64,000 bases of DNA from Adineta vaga (lineage: Eukaryota > Animalia > Rotifera), in the NCBI GenBank assembly GCA_021613535.1, contig CP075492.1, forward strand, positions 558,001 to 622,000. Reading direction: 5' to 3'. Made by a program: the position numbers and the translations under genes. This document shows, piece after piece, positions 26,659-38,219 of this stretch. The stretch's first letter is position 1. The number at the start of each line of letters is the position of its first letter. The notes beneath the pieces were generated by a model that was given only the letters and a program-made list of their open reading frames with translations, ran no database searches and was not told the DNA's origin.

Positions 26659-27021
26659 TTTCAAATAAACAGTTAAATCCAATGATTCCAAAATATCATG
26701 CTTGAGAGTGAGAGAAGAATCAAAGCATGCGCAAATAAACAAATAGATTACGTGCTATACTCATTTATCTCACAAAATACATGCAATAGAAACAATATTA
26801 AATGCAGAAAGAAAAAAATATATATATGACTCACACACTCATAATATGAGTACGTACGACGAAGAATGGATATGCTTATCTGGAAGAATTCAAATGATAT
26901 CTGACTGCGTTAGAAGATTTCCAGAAACTAGAATATATGTATATTGTTTTTTTCTAACAGAAATTTGTATGAAATGATGATAGAAAAAATCATTGCATTC
27001 TTGGTTGATGTGAAACATAAA

Positions 27022-27063
27022 GTGGGTGTGGGTTAACAATATAGCCTCACCCACACCCTCAAG
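27022..27063. repeat. Inverted telomere-like palindrome abutting the truncated GPCR pseudogene
   Basis: GTGGGTGTGGGT-TAACAATAT-AGCCTCACCCACACCCTCAAG. Confidence 0.8.
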
Positions 27064-30000
27064 ATGTTCCTGATGAAGCTCCTATATTATTTTTGCATCA
27101 GACGACTTTCTATTGCCTTCAAACATTAGAAGAAAATAGCGTTATGGAAGACTTGGTTTTTCCAAATACTATTGATTCTAATTTTACTTTTGCCAAGTTA
27201 AAAGAGGGAAATATCACTAGTGAAATGTTACTTGGATGGTCCGCTTCCATTGATTTGGCTGAACGATATGAAATATTTTTGAATAACGATTCAAACTCTT
27301 TGTCTTCGAGGGAAATGTTATTTTATAATTGCACATCACCATGGTTTGGACCTTTATGTCGTTTTACATTCGATTATCAAATGGCTGAATCATTCTATGG
27401 TATTGTTCTGTCAAGTTTTCGATCAAAAACGATAAAGCAGAATAGTCTCGGGACATGTTATCAACATCTAAGTTGTCAAACAAAATTGTCATATTTGGAT
27501 TGGCGCGAGATTTGCAATGGACAAAGTGAATGTTTAGATGGTTCTGATGAAAACAATTGTTGGCAGCTTGAAGTGAATCAATGTGGTGATGAGGAATTTC
27601 GATGTCATAATGGTCTATGTATTCCAATAGAATTTTTTCATGACGACAGAGGCCATCCAGATTGTTTGGATAGAACAGATGAGAAAGAGCTAGGCAGGCG
27701 ATCTAACGCTGGATGTTATTCTAATCCTACGTTTCGGTGCGAAGAACATACGTGCAGATCAGTGCAAAGAGATTTGCCATGCGGTCATGGACAATGCACG
27801 AATAAGATCAATAGATGTGCTAATCGTCGTACCTCTCATTTCCCTGCTGACTTCTGCTCGAAAGCTGCGGCTTGTTTTATGGAACTCTACTATTTAGTCG
27901 ATCGTGAATGGTGTAGAAATATCCGCGCAAATTTAAGCTGTATAAAAGACAATTGCTCAATGTTTTATGAATTTTGGTATATTTCTCTCCTCTTGGCACA
28001 TGTAAGCTTGATGTTTTCAAATTTAACAGTCGAATCGGGCCAGTTTCCTGAACCGGAAATTCTGTGTTATGATGAAAAGCTGTGTGCAGACTTCCTTCCG
28101 GCTACGGTACATTTGAACGAGTTGACTTGCCGACATTTTAACTTGACGTTGAAAAATGTACGTCCATCTGATTATTTGGAAAAACTCGTCAACTATATTA
28201 AACCTTTTTTTACGGATTTCCCGGCAACGTCTTGTTGATGGTATTGCAGATTGTCCATTTAATGATGATGAAACATTCAATGAAAGTTGTTTATTGAGTG
28301 ATATTCGACAACGTTTTAAGTGTTACTCAAATGGACATGAAAAGTGTTTCGCATCATTAATCATTGAAGATGGAAAGGCAGTTTGCACAAATAGCGAAGA
28401 CGAAATCATTAATAATTTTTTTACTCGAACTTCTGTATATTTTCAAACGGTATGCGATGGAACAACAGACGTGTCACCTGTCTTATTAGATAAAGAAAAT
28501 GAAACGGATGAGACAAAATGTGAAGATTGGCCATGTAATAATAGTTATACAAGATGTAATAAATATTGGCAGTGTAAAAATGGAATTGACGAAGTCAATT
28601 GTCTACCTTCAACTTGTCCTGTACTTCAACATAGTTGTGTTTTTCCTAATGACATATCAAATGTGTCTTGTTTACCAATTAATCAAGCTGGTGATGGTAC
28701 TGATAATTGTCTTGGTGGAACAGATGAACGAAGATCTTATTCGACGCAAACTAATGTTGGTGTCGAATACTACTTTCATTGTTGGAATGAGTCGAAATAT
28801 ATTGGGGTCGCTAAACTTTGCAAGAATGCGAAAGACTGTAAGTTTAATGATGATGAATCTTTTTGTAAGAACTTCAAACCTTCTGGACTAACGTATTGCA
28901 CTTTCCCGCTGACAAATGTCGAATCATTTCTCTGTAAAAATAGAGCTGTCTTTCGACCAGCAAAACTGTATTTCAAAATACACAATATGCAAAGTTACCC
29001 ACTATCGTTAAATGTTGAAAGCAGTACACATTTTTCTAAAATTTCGGATCATTTGATATCTAAAAATGTAAGACATTACATGCCAAATAATTTCGCATGG
29101 TGGTGTAACCCAGGAGTGTCTATTCGAATTCGAATGGCTGGTAATACTTCAAATTTGTATTGTCTTTGTCCATCAAGTTATTCTGGAGACAGATGTCAAT
29201 ATCAAAATCAACGTGTTAGCCTCACAGTTCAGATTCGTGTATCATCAGACTGGCATGCTGTATTCATTTTCCTTATTACTCTAATTGATCATAAAAGAAA
29301 TATCCAATCACATGATCATATTGAATATTTACCTATTCAAGAATGTCGAAATAAGTTCAACATCTATTTACTCTATTCAATAAAAGCAAAAAACTTATCA
29401 GAATCTTATTTCGTACAAATTGATGTATTCAATCAAGTGATACTCAAATATCGGGCTAGTTGGATTTTTCCACTGCGATTTCCGTTCCTTCCTGTACATA
29501 GTCTACCCGTTTCACTTAAAGTTCCTCTGTCAAGTATGAAAATTCGACATAAATGTAACTGTGCAGCAGGCTTCGTTTGTATCAGTGATTCAATCTGTTT
29601 ATGTCCACCTGGTCGATTTAGACGAGAGTGTCATTTATTTCACCATTCATCAAATTCTAAACTCTGTCTCAATGGTGGACTTTATGTACCAAAAGATATA
29701 CGACACGTATTGAGCGATTCGAAGGATTATATATGTATTTGTACGGAAGAATATAACGGAATCCATTGTGAAGAGAAAAAAAGACAAAGTCGAATTAATA
29801 TATCGTTTCATCGTAAAGTGCCTATTCCGTCATTCTTACTAATTCATTACGTAACTATTTTTGATAACAAAAAAAAATCAAAGAAAAGCGTTTTTAAAAA
29901 ATCGGACCCTCTCAGTATTCATTGGTAGTCTACGTTTCAGATCCGTTCAATATTGCCTTTGTAGAAATGTCTAATCGATATTATCTCATCGTTCTTATAG

Positions 30001-31250
30001 AAACATCTATTGTTTCGGCAAATATGTCTACAGAAATCATCGCTGCTCATCGCTGTCGATCTATTGGTGAACTCTTCAATGAGACGTTTGCTAATCAACA
30101 TTTATTAAAGAGTATCAAATCTTATCACATGCCATGTAAAGAACTCTCTGAATTAGTTTGTTTTTATGATAAAGTTCACTTCTGTTTTTGCAATCTCGAT
30201 CGACAAGCCAATTGTTTTGAATTTGATCATAGAATAAACTATACCTGTGAAGAACATCAATTCTGTGAAAACAAAGGTAGCTGTCTTCAAGATGATCCAA
30301 AATGTCCAACACCGCCAATTTGTGGCTGTCATCAATGTTACTTTGGATCGAGATGTCAGTTGTCTACGAAAGGAGCGACCATTTCATTGGATACTATTCT
30401 AGGATATCATATTGGTCATAGAACTGTGATAAGTGGCCATATCAGTTGCCACAGTTATGTTCACCTTAGGTTTTACAAACAGTTTTCTATCTTTTCTAAC
30501 TTTTAAAGGAGAAGAAACTCGTAAAGTTGGTTGTGGTATTTATCTTTTTGTTTCGTCTGTTTTATCTCTGGTGATTGTTATAGTATTGACACTGAGGTTT
30601 TGTCTTCTTCTAGCATCACAAATAGGTTCAATCAACAACCTTTCATTTTTATACGTTCAATGCGTATTCATAGACTTTTCTCTTCGATGTCTTTTAAGCA
30701 TTAGTGATTGGCTTAGTGCTTGTGTCGCCTTTGAACGAGCTGTCAATGTTTCAAAAGGAATACATTTTGATAAATCAAAAAGTGAACAAAAGGCTAAATA
30801 GATCATTTGAATTGTTCCTCTTTTCACAATTTCTAGCTATATATATGATCCGCTTAGTCGTCATTTAATTGATGATCAAGAAGAACAACGTACATGGTGT
30901 CTAAATAAATATTCATCATCTCTATAAATATTCGATTGGGTGATAAATATTGTTCATCTTCTCTTCTTCCATTCTTGATTAATTGTATCTCTGCTGTAAC
31001 CGTTATTATAAGTACAGCCCGTATCCGGTCGAACTCTCAGGAGAAAAAAGCCTTAAAGAACATTTGCGGGAACAAATTAAAATTCATCAACATCTGCTCA
31101 TCTCACCAGCGATTCTAGTTGTATTAGGTTTACCGCGTCTAATTATATTACTTACATTCCAACGATGATGACATTTATCGTTTTTGTATTACCATCACAG
31201 ACGTATGAAAAACAATTCGTTGAATCAATTAGACTTATTCGACAACGATA
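27063..31250 (+). pseudogene. LDLa-repeat + EGF + 7TM GPCR pseudogene, 5'-truncated
   Basis: LDLa repeats (DWREICNGQSECLDGSDE; FRCHNGLCI...DCLDRTDE), EGF motifs (CLCPSSYSGDRCQ), 7TM motifs (VGCGIYLFVSS; WLSACVAFERAV). Frameshifts near 28220, 29880, 30430 and 31050; in-frame stops at ~30800 and ~30925. Confidence 0.88.
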
Positions 31251-31306
31251 GACTAATGTTAATATGACAATATTTTACACTTTGTATATTTGCGAAAATA
31301 AAACAA

Positions 31307-31368
31307 TCTTGAAAGTGCGTGTGTGAGTGTGTGTGATGATCAGGAGAATAACCACACCCACACCCTCA
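31307..31368. repeat. Degenerate inverted telomere-like palindrome between the GPCR pseudogene and SDHA
   Basis: TCTTGAAAGTGCGTGTGTGAGTGTGTGTG-spacer-ACCACACCCACACCCTCA. Confidence 0.7.
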
Positions 31369-31676
31369 TTGATCATAACAATCGAATTAATTTTTGAATT
31401 CATTACTTTCATACAATATTGATTTTTTTCATTGTCTTGCACAGAATATTCAAGTTTCAAGTACTCCATAAGAATAAATTTCTTCCTCATATATGTAATT
31501 TTTCTTCCTTTCTATGATTTGCTAATAGTAACCGTATATACAGTATACATTTAGTCGATTGACTGTGACGATAGAACGCAAAAAAAAACCCTACGATTGA
31601 TAAATATAAATAGGCGTTTTCATAAAAGAAAAAGAACCATCATTGATCGTATTGATATATCGGAAGTAAAAATAAA

Positions 31677-34159
31677 ATGAGCTTTCTATTGAAAATTCCC
31701 AAATTAATACGTTTTAATGTAAGTATATTTTTTCTAAAATAAAAAAAAGAACAAATTTTCGATTTATTTTTAGTCTATATCACGTTCATTTGCTGTTAAT
31801 ATTTCTCAAAAATATAATATTGATGCAAAACATACAACAAACACACATGTACGATGGAATATTCATTCATTTATTTTTCCTTCTTCTTCTTTTTGTATTT
31901 TATTTTTCCTATTAAATTACTTCAAAATATAAAATAATCGATCATGTCTATGATGCTGTTATTGTTGGTGCTGGTGGTGCTGGTCTTCGTGCTGCATATG
32001 GTTTATCATCAAGCGGTTTTAAAACTGCAGTTATCAGTAAATTATTTCCTACACGTAGTCATACAGTTGCTGCTCAAGGTGGTATCAATGCTGCATTAGG
32101 TAATATGGAACATGATGATTGGCGATGGCATATGTATGATACAGTTAAGGGTTCTGATTGGCTTGGTGATCAGGATGCTATACAATATATGACTCAAGAA
32201 GCCCCACGTGCTATTATAGAAGTATGAAAAATTTCAATTCAATAATCTTTGATTTATTTATTCTTTTTCTCTGTAAAGCTTGAAAATATTGGTTTGCCAT
32301 TTAGTCGAAAATCAGATGGAAAAATTCTACAACGACCTTTTGGTGGTCATACATATAATTATGGTCTTGGTGGAAAAGCACGTCGTTGTTGTTGCGTTTC
32401 TGATCGTACCGGTCATGCTATGTTACATACACTTTATGGCGAAGTAAATATAAAACATTGAAATTTAAATTTAGAAAAAAAGTATTTCTTTATTTTTATA
32501 GTCAATGAAATATGATACAGATTATTTTATTGAATATTTTGCACTTGATTTATTTATGAATCAAGATAATACACAATGTCTTGGTCTTATTGCATTAAAT
32601 CTTGAAGATGGTAGTCTTCATCGATTTCGAGCGAATAATATTGTTTTAGCTACTGGGTAAAAAGAAAAACAAATATGAATTCTTTCGATATATTTATGAT
32701 TTTAGTGGGTATGGACGAGCATATTTTTCATGTACGTCAGCTCATACATGTACTGGAGATGGTAATGCAATGATTACTCGCGCTGGTCTAACAAATCAAG
32801 ATTTAGAATTTGTCCAATTTCATCCAACTGGTTATTTTGATTGTATCGAATTGTAAAATTATGTTAAAGAAAATGTTTTCCTTTTCCAGGTATTATTGGA
32901 GCAGGTTGTCTTATAACAGAAGGCGCTCGTGCTGAAGGTGGTTTTCTTGTTAATAGTAATGGTGAACGTTTTATGGAACGTTATGCACCAGATTTAAAAG
33001 ATCTTGCTTCACGTGATATTGTATCACGTTCAATAGCAACCGAAATTCGTAATGGACGGTATGATATTGCTTCTGAAAGATTTTTCTTTATTTGATTTCT
33101 TTCAATAGGGGTGTTGGAAATTATAAAGATCATATTTATCTTCAATTAAGTCATTTAGATCCAAAAATATTGGATGAAAATTTACTAGGTATTAGTGAAA
33201 CTGCACACATATTTTGTGGCATAGATGTAAAAAAAGAACCAATACCTGTTATACCAACGGTTCATTATAATATGGGTGGTATTCCAACAAATTATAAAGG
33301 TCAAGTTATACAATACAAAGATGGAAAAGATATTATCATTAAAGGTTTATATGCAGCGGGTGAAGCTGCATGTGTTAGTGTTCATGGTGCTAATCGACTT
33401 GGAGCAAATTCTTTATTAGATCTTGTTGTATTTGGACGAGCATGTGCAATAACAATTGCAGAAGAAAATAAACCAGGAGAAATCTCTTCAGAACTCCCAT
33501 TAGTATTATTAGAAACTAGAATAGAATAATAAGAAATCATTTGTTAAAATATATTTTAGGATGCTGGTCAAATATCAATTGAAAATTTGGATAGACTTAG
33601 AAATGCTAATGGTTCAATATCAACAGCAAAACTTCGTTTAAAAATGCAAATGACAATGGAAGAGCATGCAGCTGTCTTTCGTGATGGTGAAACGTTAAGA
33701 AAAGGTTGTAAATTAATGGATAATATCTTTCAAGAACAAAAAGATCTACAATTAAAAGATCGTGGAATTATTTGGAATACAGATTTAATTGAAACACTTG
33801 AATTACAAAATTTATTACTCAATGCTATGCAAACAATTTATGGAGCAGAAGCACGAGAAGAAAGTCGTGGTGCACATGCAAGAGACGATTTTCGTGTAAG
33901 AGAGAGAAAAAAGATAATTTTTATTTGAAAATCATTTTTTGTTTAGAAAAGAATTGATGAATATGATTATTCAAACATAGAAAAGAATCCAATTACTAAT
34001 CAAAAAAAGAAACCAATTGAAAAACATTGGCGTAAACATACATTATCTTATACTGATCCTTCAACTGGAAAAACAATATTAACATATAGACCTGTTATTG
34101 ATAAAACATTAGATGAAAATATTTGTAAATCAATACCACCAATACCTCGTGTTTATTAA
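31677..34159 (+). CDS. SDHA: Succinate dehydrogenase flavoprotein subunit (divergent paralog; one splice acceptor appears lost)
   Basis: Multi-exon. Motifs [103 protein letters not shown]; ends PRVY*. Mitochondrial-type N-terminal exons 31677-31718 and 31774-31848. Confidence 0.93.
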
Positions 34160-34316
34160 AAAAAGAAAAGAAAAAGTTTTCGGATAATAGATGAAAAACA
34201 TTTTTTATTCAAAAATTCATTTTAATCATGAATTGGAATTAAATAATAAATAATAAATAACTGTTGATTGCATTTCATAATATTTCAGTGAAAAAAAAAC
34301 TTTGAAAAGAAAAACT

Positions 34317-34368
34317 AGGGTGTGAGTGTGAGTCTGAATCTAACACAAACACCCGCACCCACCCTCAA
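34317..34368. repeat. Degenerate inverted telomere-like palindrome capping the RT fragment
   Basis: AGGGTGTGAGTGTGAGT-spacer-ACACAAACACCCGCACCCACCCTCAA. Confidence 0.7.
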
Positions 34369-35215
34369 TAGTTGGTAGTACAATGGGCTCTGCATTTTCT
34401 TTAACGCTGGCAAATATTTTCATGTGGAAATGGGAAAAGGCATTTGCTCATAGATAAGCAGCTTCGAATGAAATCTATGGCCGGTACGTCTCATTCTTTG
34501 ATTTGAATGTTATCCTAGGCATTTATGTATCTTTTTGTTTACTTCGAACGAATCATTTGGACAAAATTAATGAAATGTTAGATAGAGCCAACAATTTTCA
34601 TCCAAATATTAAACTTGTACGTCAAATTGATTCATGCGTTTCATTTCTGGATCTCCACGTCGAAAATAAGAACGGCGTTTTGGTAACATCAGTACACCAC
34701 AAAGAAGCAGCTCAATCATACGTTGTACCATTTACATCTGATCATCCAAAGCATGTCTACCGAAATGTGATAAGTACAGCTCTACTATGAGCAGTTCGAT
34801 ATTCATCAACACTACTAGCATTCGAAGAAGAACGACGGTGCATCGATTTAATGTTATTATTTAATAGGTAAGTTTTCAGTCCACATTAAAACTAGCCATA
34901 GAAATGTTCATTCTTTCAGATATCCGCCACGATTTATCCATACTCAAATAAATCAATTTTTTCGGCAAAATAAACTCATAGTAACTTTTGACGACATGGG
35001 TGGCGATGAAACCGATTTCAAAATTTTACGTCATCAGTAATTAAAACAACCAATCATGTCTAAAAAAACAATGGTGCACTCTAGAAATTTTTTTCCCTAT
35101 AATCATTCGTCAACAAAAAGATTTATTCTTTCTAGTAAAAGTCTAAACTACCTGATGAGATCCTTCAGTGAGGTCGAAACGCGTCTTGCTTTGCTTTGAC
35201 TCACACCCACACTCT
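34369..35215 (+). mobile_element. 5'-truncated, decayed Penelope-like (Athena/Terminon-type) retroelement fragment with introns
   Basis: GSTMGSAFSLTLANIFMWKWEK (RT motif B), EIYGR|intron (YIDD missing), NFHPNIKL, FLDLHV, TSVHHKEAAQSYVVPFTSDHPKHVYRNVI, intron 34868-34919 then YPPRFI. No GIY-YIG seen. Hammerhead core and CACACCCACAC at the 3' end. Confidence 0.85.
35145..35192 (+). ncRNA. Minimal type-I hammerhead ribozyme motif (stem I degenerate)
   Basis: CTGATGA(35152-35158)-GATCCTTCAGTGAGGTC (stem II)-GAAA-CGCG-TC: conserved core with palindromic stem-III loop and GUC site, as in PLE hammerheads. Proximal stem I does not pair. Confidence 0.7.
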
Positions 35216-35286
35216 TACAAAGGACAAAATCTAGATCACGATTCACTTTCTTTATCGTCAGTTCACACTCAAGGTTTTGTGAGCTG

Positions 35287-36534
35287 TTACACTGCCAGTG
35301 ATAGAGGTGCGACATATTCTGAGCTATTGCAGCGTAAGTAATAGGTTTCAGTCGTCGGCTGCACAAGTGGCAATGGAACACAACGAGTGAGTGATACGTT
35401 GACAAATTTCGGTGATCGAAAAGAAAGATCAAACTCTGACGTAGTGCATTGATCAGACATCAACCAAAATCCGAGTTGTTTTAATTTTCGGATTTTAGAT
35501 ATTGTACCTGGTGCGCAGATTGCATGCACATAAAGAACATCTGCATCACATGGACTAATAATCTGATCTGGCGGACAGATCTGTCGGAATCGAGCATATG
35601 GTGACCGATATGTTGTCACGGCAGCCATTTTACTATGCTGATTTTTAGCATGAAACGGGTGACCAGCAACATGCACCATCGATACCATTTTGACACGATT
35701 GCATGACACTTTTGAATCGCAAACCATATAAGTCTTATTGTGCAAACGCATCAAGGTCATCTGTTCGGTAAGTTTGAACCAACTACGCGATGCTATCCAT
35801 TCTTCGAAACATGATATAACACGATCATTGGGAATTGCATAAAGATGTCCAGTGTTGATTGGCAATTCTCTCATAAATATAAGATCCGCTCCCGTTTTCT
35901 CACTCATTAATTCGTACGCTTTCCAAATATTTTTGGGAGCGAAACTAATGTCTGCATCACTTTTTATTATTGTATATCTTTTCCGAAGAATATCCAAACA
36001 AAGCGGAACCCAATACCACCCAATCGCTTCCCAATATGGTTGACCGTAAGTACCTTCACGTGGTAAAAATGTGTTCTTTTGATAGTTCGGCACATATGAC
36101 GACCCATTATAGCATGGAAGATTTAGCTCGATACAGACAAGTAATGTTACTTCATCAAATGCCACAACAATATAATTGGTTGCTCTAGCAAAACGAACTA
36201 GAGTAAATATGTTATTTTGTAGCATGGCTTGCCAATGCCAGGTGAATCCGAGCATAGTAACTTTTTTTGATTGTTTTGTTACTATCTGTAATAGAGCATC
36301 TAGATCATTATGCATTCCCAGATATGGAAAAAGTGTATTTGATTTGGGAAAAAGCCATGGTGTACCTAGTGCAATAATCGATAATTCTTGCCATTCATTT
36401 TGATTTTTTTTCATCAAGCTTTGAGAGATCATTCGAACTAAAGTCCCATCCCGCAAGGTTTTATATGATGAAAATCTAACAAGTGCTACGACAATAGACA
36501 AAATAGATATTAGGAATATAAATTTTTGCCGCAT
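35287..36534 (-). CDS. Nucleotide-diphospho-sugar transferase (PF03407/GT77-like), type II membrane protein, intronless
   Basis: Likely start MRQKFIFLISILSIVVALVRF (signal anchor; ORF is open to 36705); YIVVAFDE...LNLPCY, LDILRKRYTIIKSDADI (DxD), INTGHLY, EQ, YVHAIC...SKIRKLKQLGFW. Confidence 0.8.
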   Translation of the reverse strand: MRQKFIFLISILSIVVALVRFSSYKTLRDGTLVRMISQSLMKKNQNEWQELSIIALGTPWLFPKSNTLFPYLGMHNDLDALLQIVTKQSKKVTMLGFTWHWQAMLQNNIFTLVRFARATNYIVVAFDEVTLLVCIELNLPCYNGSSYVPNYQKNTFLPREGTYGQPYWEAIGWYWVPLCLDILRKRYTIIKSDADISFAPKNIWKAYELMSEKTGADLIFMRELPINTGHLYAIPNDRVISCFEEWIASRSWFKLTEQMTLMRLHNKTYMVCDSKVSCNRVKMVSMVHVAGHPFHAKNQHSKMAAVTTYRSPYARFRQICPPDQIISPCDADVLYVHAICAPGTISKIRKLKQLGFWLMSDQCTTSEFDLSFRSPKFVNVSLTRCVPLPLVQPTTETYYLRCNSSEYVAPLSLAV

Positions 36535-37493
36535 TGTATACACAAAATCTGAGAAATAAACGTCAATTAAGTTATATTTAACTATGGAGAGAGCTGTCGA
36601 TTGATATATAATTGATGACAGCTGGCTGTTTAGTTTAACAAGAATCACCATTTTCAATGTCAGAATTGAAAGCGTTGACAATATGGTATCTATCATTGGA
36701 GACAACCATCCACTAGACTAAGAATTTTTTCTGGTTCAGTCAATCATTTTTTATTAATGAGAATAGGCAGTGAAGAAAAAGTATGTTTATTTGCGATCGA
36801 CTTCAACCATATTCCCATATAAAAATCAGCATATGTACTTAATACTGAAACACTGATATAGAAATCGTGATTCTGGATAAACTAAACAGTCAGCTGTTAT
36901 CAATTATATATCAGCCGATAGCTCTTTCATAGACGTATCCATTAATGATACTGAATTTTAAAAAAAATTTGCTCCACGGTAAGATACCAACAGAGGCCAA
37001 GTTCTCGAATACTAAACTTTTTTTCTTTTTTCGTCGCTTACTTTTGATGGATATGTGGAGAATATTATATATGCATATATAAAGTTTCAATAGGGTTCAA
37101 TGAAAACTTTTTTTAAAATTGACATAAAAATTTCATTGGAAAAATCAATCAAAAGCAGAAATATAAATTTTCTCAATATATAACAAACGATAATCCCTTT
37201 TATCTTTAAACGCAGGATTTAGACGTATTTTTAATTAGCGTTTTATTTTCCATGTATTTTCTGTGAAGTGCTCTTATTAGGATCATTTTTTTGCTGGTTG
37301 TTCGAATTAAGAACACTGTACCTACAAGAGCTAAAAAAATCAATTTCCAAATTAGTATAACTCAACTATAGTGAATAATAAAACTGTACACCTTTGAATT
37401 TTAATGCATCAAATAATGAGAAACATTTTTTTTGTAAACGAACTATATCGCAATTTTTTTGATTTTCTATATATTTTACACTATATGTGCGTA

Positions 37494-38126
37494 TCAGAAG
37501 ATAGCCCGTGAAATTCTCTACAATACCTTATGAAAAAAGCTGTTCCAACAAATAACTATCGAATTATATTCGGTCAACACTATAATGCTCCAAAACACCA
37601 CATTTTCAAGGGCACATTTTTGCAAAATTAATTATTTCATTTCTTCCAGAAAGCCAGATACGATATCGAGCTTCTTGCTAGCGATCTTCTACAAAAAACG
37701 CTTTGAAATCATCGATCGTCCTTGTTATACATCTCAAGCATTGTAGGAAAACGCTTTACAACATTCTTCTCGTAGCGATATGATAGAGAAAACTCTTTTT
37801 TGCACGTTAGCAATAAAATTGAATATGTAATAATTTGCCATTTATAATAATAAAATTAAAACTGTGATAAACTTTAATTAAAGATTCTTAGAACGTGAAC
37901 AGAGGGGAAAAGGAAAGATTTCGTTCGAGTAAATTTAGAGTATGTCAAAAAAATGATTCGCTGAACCAATAGAGCTATTCATGAGCTACAAAGTGGCTAA
38001 TTCAGTCTCTTTATGTAGGATGAAAACGAGTGCGTTGTAGTGTTGGCCGAATATAATTCCATAGTTATTTGTTGGAGCAGCTCTTTTTATGAGGTATTGT
38101 AGAGAATTTCACAGGCTATCTTCTGA
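37494..38126. repeat. ~95-bp inverted repeat pair enclosing ~440 bp, just upstream of galE
   Basis: 37494-37588 (TCAGAAGATAGCCCGTGAAATTCTCTACAATACC...) is the reverse complement of 38032-38126 with about 9 substitutions. Confidence 0.88.
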
Positions 38127-38219
38127 AAAAAAAACTCAAGCGTCTTTGTCACACTTTGAGTAGAGAAAGATTTCTTCTTTTACAGTTGTATTGTACGCAA
38201 GCATCTATGAAAAACTGAT

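Noticed and set aside
36535-36705. Extra N-terminal 57 aa of the GT ORF
   Set aside because: Begins at a non-ATG codon and precedes a typical signal-anchor start at 36534; probably 5' UTR.
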